The position numbers were made by a program, and so were the translations under genes. The notes beneath the pieces were generated by a model. The model saw only the letters and a list, made by a program, of their open reading frames with translations. It did not search any database and had not been told where the DNA came from. Shown here one piece after another: positions 61,813 through 64,000 of a stretch of DNA of 64,000 nt (position 1 is the first letter of the stretch; each line of letters opens with the position of its first letter). Location: positions 4,148-68,147 of the forward strand of contig JAUHWH010000003.1 in NCBI GenBank assembly GCA_030424715.1, read 5' to 3'. Source of the stretch: Bdellovibrionia bacterium. Its GTDB lineage: Bacteria > Bdellovibrionota > Bdellovibrionia > Bdellovibrionales > JAGQZY01.

Positions 61813-63168
61813 ATGACCTTTCCTATCGAAGAAAGGGAGTCCTCAGTGCATCCAGCCGCAAAAGGCGTCTACATTACCACCTACGGTTGTCAGATGAATG
61901 TCAACGACACCGAACGGATGTACTCTTTGCTCGAGATGGCGGATTACCATCCCGTCGAGACTCCCGACGAAGCCTCATTGATCATTATTAACTCCTGCAG
62001 TGTTCGCGAAAAACCAGTCCACAAAGTTCACTCTGAAGTGGGGCGCTACCGCAAAATGAAAGAGGCCAACCCCAATCTTCGGATCGGTGTGGGTGGCTGT
62101 GTCGCTCAACAAGAAAAGACCAAGCTTTTAAAAGACATTCCGATGCTGGACTTCGTGTTTGGCACCGACGCCATCGATAAACTGCCATCTATCGTGTCGG
62201 AGGTTGAAGCTTCTGACGAAAAGGTCAATTCAACAAAGTTTTTGCACAATCAGCCCTATCAGGTGGAAACCCTGATTCGTAACCCGGGCGTTTCCACTTT
62301 TGTTAACATCACCAAAGGCTGCGACAACTTTTGCACCTTTTGCGTGGTGCCCTTTACCAGGGGACGGGAGCGCAGTCGTAAGCTCTCGGAGCTGATCAGT
62401 GACATCAATGGATTAGTACGACGGGGAGTCAAAGAGGTGACTCTCTTGGGTCAGAACGTGAACTCTTACAAGTCCGATTGTGGTGCTGGCTTTGGCGATT
62501 TGATGAAGGCCGTGGCTGAAGACACCGACATTCTTCGTATTCGCTACACCACCTCTCACCCCAAAGACTTTAATCAAGAACTGGTCGATATTTCGCAAAA
62601 GTATCGTGATAAAATCTGTGATTACATCCATCTGCCAGTGCAGTGTGGGAATTCGCAAGTCTTAGACCGGATGAATCGTGGCTACACCCGTGAAGAGTAC
62701 CTTCAGAAAGTGGCTATGATCAAAGAAACCATTCCTGGAGTGGCTTTTTCTACAGATATTATCGTCGGCTTTCCGGGAGAGACGGAAGAGCAGTTTCAAG
62801 AGACTCTTAGCTTGATCGAAGAAGTGCAGTACGATGGGATCTACGCGTTTAAGTACAGTCCAAGACCTTTCACTAAAGCGGCGAAGTGGGAAGACCATTT
62901 GAGCGAAGCCGAGAAATCTGAGCGGCTGGAGCGGGTTTTTGCTTTACAGAGACCCATCGCTTTAAAACTGGCGCAACAGTGCATCGGCCAGACCTACGAG
63001 GTTTTGATTGAAGAGGTCGAAGACGATGGCTTTTGTATCGGACGCAACACCCAAAATCGCAAAGTTAAATTTTTAGGCAACAACAATAAGTCGGGGGATT
63101 TAGTGATGGTGCGGGTCGAGCAAGCGCGCCCCTCATTGCTACAAGGTAAAATGTTACTCGATCAGTAG
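61813..63168 (+). CDS. miaB: tRNA-2-methylthio-N6-dimethylallyladenosine synthase MiaB
   Basis: Contains KGVYITTYGCQMNVNDTERM, VGGCVAQQE, ITKGCDNFCTFCVVPFTRGRE (CX3CX2C) and a TRAM-like C-terminus. Confidence 0.9.
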   Translation: MTFPIEERESSVHPAAKGVYITTYGCQMNVNDTERMYSLLEMADYHPVETPDEASLIIINSCSVREKPVHKVHSEVGRYRKMKEANPNLRIGVGGCVAQQEKTKLLKDIPMLDFVFGTDAIDKLPSIVSEVEASDEKVNSTKFLHNQPYQVETLIRNPGVSTFVNITKGCDNFCTFCVVPFTRGRERSRKLSELISDINGLVRRGVKEVTLLGQNVNSYKSDCGAGFGDLMKAVAEDTDILRIRYTTSHPKDFNQELVDISQKYRDKICDYIHLPVQCGNSQVLDRMNRGYTREEYLQKVAMIKETIPGVAFSTDIIVGFPGETEEQFQETLSLIEEVQYDGIYAFKYSPRPFTKAAKWEDHLSEAEKSERLERVFALQRPIALKLAQQCIGQTYEVLIEEVEDDGFCIGRNTQNRKVKFLGNNNKSGDLVMVRVEQARPSLLQGKMLLDQ

Positions 63169-63185
63169 AGAAAGGACGTCGTCGT

Positions 63186-63701
63186 ATGGAACTCAAGGGA
63201 CACAAACCGGTTTTCGGAGAAAACACTTTTGTTGCGCCTTCTGCCGACGTCATTGGCCAGGTCACTGTTGGTAAAGAATCTTCAATTTGGTTTCAGTGCG
63301 TGATTAGAGGGGACGTGACCCCCATTGTTATCGGCGACTATACAAACATTCAAGATGGCACCATTATTCACGGAACTTACAACAAGCATGATGTTCAAAT
63401 TGGGAATTATGTAACAGTAGGACATAAGGCCATGTTGCACGGCTGCCAGGTGGGAGATGAAGCTTTCATTGGTATGGACTCAGTTCTACTGGATGGCTCC
63501 GTCATGGCTCCCCGAAGTTTTTTAGCTGCCGGTTCCTTGCTGGCCCAAGGGGCGCAAACCGAGAGTGGTTGGCTCTATATGGGGCGTCCCGCCAAAAAAG
63601 TTCGTCCTTTGAAAGAAGAAGAACTCAAGTTTTTACGACAATCGGCAAATAACTATTTTGAATACAAAAGTTGGTACCAACCCGAAGAAGGAGCCCTATG
63701 A
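63186..63701 (+). CDS. gamma-class carbonic anhydrase family protein (hexapeptide-repeat, YrdA/PaaY-like)
   Basis: Contains [49 protein letters not shown]...[20 protein letters not shown]. Confidence 0.85.
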   Translation: MELKGHKPVFGENTFVAPSADVIGQVTVGKESSIWFQCVIRGDVTPIVIGDYTNIQDGTIIHGTYNKHDVQIGNYVTVGHKAMLHGCQVGDEAFIGMDSVLLDGSVMAPRSFLAAGSLLAQGAQTESGWLYMGRPAKKVRPLKEEELKFLRQSANNYFEYKSWYQPEEGAL

Positions 63702-64000
63702 AACTGGATAAAGAAGCATTGACCTATGATGATGTGTTGCTGGTGCCCCAGTATTCTGAAATCGTGCCCAGCGAGATTAGCACACGCAGTTTTTTTGCTC
63801 GCGATATTTATCTCAACACGCCTCTGATTGCTGCCGCTATGGATACGGTGACTGAAAGCCGCATGGCCCGTGTCTTAGCGCAATTGGGTGGTTTAGGGAT
63901 CATCCATAAAAATTTGAGTATTGAAGATCAGGCCTTTGAAGTGGAGAAGGTCAAAAAATACGAAAGTGGTATGATCACTGATCCCATCACGCTGACCCCC
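63698..64000 (+). CDS. guaB: IMP dehydrogenase, N-terminal part (continues beyond the window)
   Basis: Not in the ORF track because it is open at the right edge. Manual translation gives [82 protein letters not shown] overlap with the upstream stop. Confidence 0.9.
   Translation, partial: MKLDKEALTYDDVLLVPQYSEIVPSEISTRSFFARDIYLNTPLIAAAMDTVTESRMARVLAQLGGLGIIHKNLSIEDQAFEVEKVKKYESGMITDPITLTP

Overview
The 64-kb window is chromosomal and almost entirely coding. I count about 55 protein genes. By eye I found no rRNA, tRNA, CRISPR array, transposase or integrase. Family names come from motifs read in the supplied translations and from memory. No BLAST, HMM or Rfam search was possible. Left third: partial ABC exporter, radical SAM enzyme, GT87-like membrane glycosyltransferase and YhdH/AcuI-type reductase. 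Next comes a conserved translation cluster: ffh, rpsP, KH-domain gene, rimM, trmD, SPOUT-like methyltransferase, rplS, rnhB and yraN. It is followed by lptD directly downstream of a CHASE2 class III adenylate cyclase, a STAS protein, coiled-coil proteins and a VKOR-DsbA fusion. A five-gene plus-strand block of poorly characterised proteins comes next: ChaN-like, GYF, TPR, FecR-like and a charged coiled coil. Centre: a 1,496-aa secreted mosaic protein, then flavin reductase, alkB and a Na/Pi cotransporter. Right half: a TonB2-type energy-transduction module (TtpB/TtpC/ExbB/ExbD/TonB/TtpD-like). It is flanked by a secreted protein upstream, and by a TonB-dependent receptor and an ankyrin lipoprotein downstream. 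Then come an M23 peptidase, a cNMP-binding protein, a thiolase-scoA-scoB operon, a DUF4097-like protein and a histone-H1-like protein. The remainder holds an SLC12-type cotransporter, phospholipase D, a hydrolase, a secreted-protein/Lnb-like/OMP cluster, miaB, a gamma-carbonic anhydrase and partial guaB. Gene order and content suggest a deltaproteobacterial or Bdellovibrio-like Gram-negative organism; this is inference only. The strongest second-look items are the giant protein, the extended TonB2 locus, the H1-like protein and two unusual non-coding regions. The giant protein has an astacin-like domain with every zinc ligand substituted and a nearly identical 315-bp tandem duplication. The H1-like protein combines a lysine/alanine tail, a CX4CX9CX2H motif and an acidic tail. 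The non-coding regions are a purine-rich 61-bp tandem repeat at 10.4 kb and a 450-nt leader at 35.3 kb. I found no complete, clearly novel multi-gene system such as a defence island.
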